Source: Selaginella moellendorffii (taxonomy: Eukaryota; Plantae; Lycopodiophyta). Taken from it: 64,000 bases of DNA. Shown in pieces: positions 62,848 through 64,000 of this stretch; the first letter of the stretch is position 1, and every line of letters starts with the position of its first letter. Under the pieces are notes generated by a model, which searched no databases, had not been told where the DNA came from, and worked only from the letters and a program-made list of their open reading frames with translations. The position numbers and the translations under genes were made by a program. The stretch spans positions 62,001 through 126,000 of the forward strand of contig NW_003314324.1 in assembly GCF_000143415.4 (NCBI RefSeq), written 5' to 3'.

Positions 62848-63618
62848 GAACAGTTAATGATGAAAGGATTGGAAAATTTCTTGCAAGAGCCATAACAACT
62901 CGTATCACTGAGCCTCAAAAACATGGATTCAAGTTCCATAGATGTGTTCACCTCAAGGGTTACACACTTCAGTCTCAACTTGCACAATATGACTAACATT
63001 GTTTAAGAGCTTGGAGCAGCTGTTCCAGCTCTTGTCTAGGTCCCAACTCCAATACCTGGCTGTAGAAAGGTCCAATTTGGTGCCATTGAGTGAGCAGCCA
63101 AAGGTGGTTGCATTTTTTTATGATAACATCAAATGCTTGTTGGAGGTGTTGGAGCTCACTAGATGGGAATCAGCGGCATACTTGTCAGTAACATATTGCA
63201 GCTCAAGTTTTAAGCTAAGAAGGCCACATGCCAGGTTCCAAAAAGCATCAGCTAAGGGATGTAAGATTTTCCAATTGCATTTCACAATCCCGAGGTCCAC
63301 GATGTTACATGCTCGAGAAGTAATGATCTTAAAGAAATGCTTGCAGATATATGTAATTGTGAGGCTTCTCAGTGACACTAAACTTGTGGGCACTGTTTGA
63401 GCAAACTCCTCCTAGTTTCCTTTGAAGCACCCTAGAAACTCGAGCTCTTCTAGCTTGCACCTGGGATATTTCAATGTCTCAATTAACAAGCATATGCTGT
63501 CTAATGTTCCCTCATTCGAAGGAGTGGCACATTCCATAACCATGAGCTTAGTAAGTTCTGTAACCTGTGTCCGAGCATGGCCATTCGTCTACCATCTCAA
63601 GTTTCAAAGTTTCCAAGC
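62848..63618 (-). pseudogene. Decayed Leu/Cys-rich (LRR-like) coding remnant between two retroelements
   Basis: Broken minus-strand frames with LxxLxI/L periodicity (LVSLRSLTIT, LLSLKLEL, LRLKCVTLEV). Family not identifiable. Confidence 0.35.
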
Positions 63619-64000
63619 TGTCACGAATGTGACTTTGGGTATCGAAAGTTACCTGTCGACCAGTCCTTACGGACACTCTTACCTTACTGCCATGACGGTA
63701 GGAGGTTGGTATTGCTGAACCCTTTATTAGTCCCTCTTGTGCTAGTGGAGTTAACTGGGCATTTCGAGTGTACTTAAACCGGACGAGCATAAGGACGGAA
63801 TTCTTACGTGTTATTAGCTAAGCATACTTAGCCCGGTAAGGAGTTTCCGTCTCATTATGTCTTGCACTGGCTAGTGACAAGAACCCTCGCATATTGAGAT
63901 TGGTCCCTCAATATCGCTAGATGATAGCTTACCGTGTCTGCCAAACACCCTCGCTATCATGCCCTTTGTGTTAGTCTCATTTCGGTCCCAAATACTATTT
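63619..64000 (+). mobile_element. LTR of the 15517/22571 family, runs off window end
   Basis: tgtcacgaatgtgactttgggtatcgaaagttacctgtcgaccagtccttacggacactc... is colinear with 15517. Confidence 0.88.

Overview
Eukaryotic plant genomic DNA, most likely the lycophyte Selaginella moellendorffii. This is inferred from the ~45-60 bp introns, very short intergenic spacers, a flagellar radial-spoke gene, an S-motif-rich PLS PPR gene, and a diterpene synthase resembling SmCPSKSL1. Two gene-dense blocks (1-12.5 kb and 28.9-56.5 kb) are separated by an AT-rich island of decayed LTR elements (12.6-28.8 kb). A second TE-rich zone lies at 57-64 kb. The main finding is a compact candidate labdane-diterpenoid biosynthetic gene cluster at 36.6-45.9 kb. 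It has four adjacent, non-paralogous tailoring/scaffold genes: a CYP716-like P450, a CYP71-clan P450, a BAHD acyltransferase and a bifunctional class II/I diterpene synthase. Other notable items are nested 5S-rRNA-bearing Cassandra-like LTRs with intact TSDs, a Copia element with TG..TA ends and telomeric repeats at its deletion, a head-to-head pair of DUF2828/vWA genes, a C-terminally truncated UBP12, a CURT1-like protein with a coiled-coil tail, and a tRNA-Ala followed by a structured tRNA-like segment. All family assignments come from motif recognition by eye; no searches were run.
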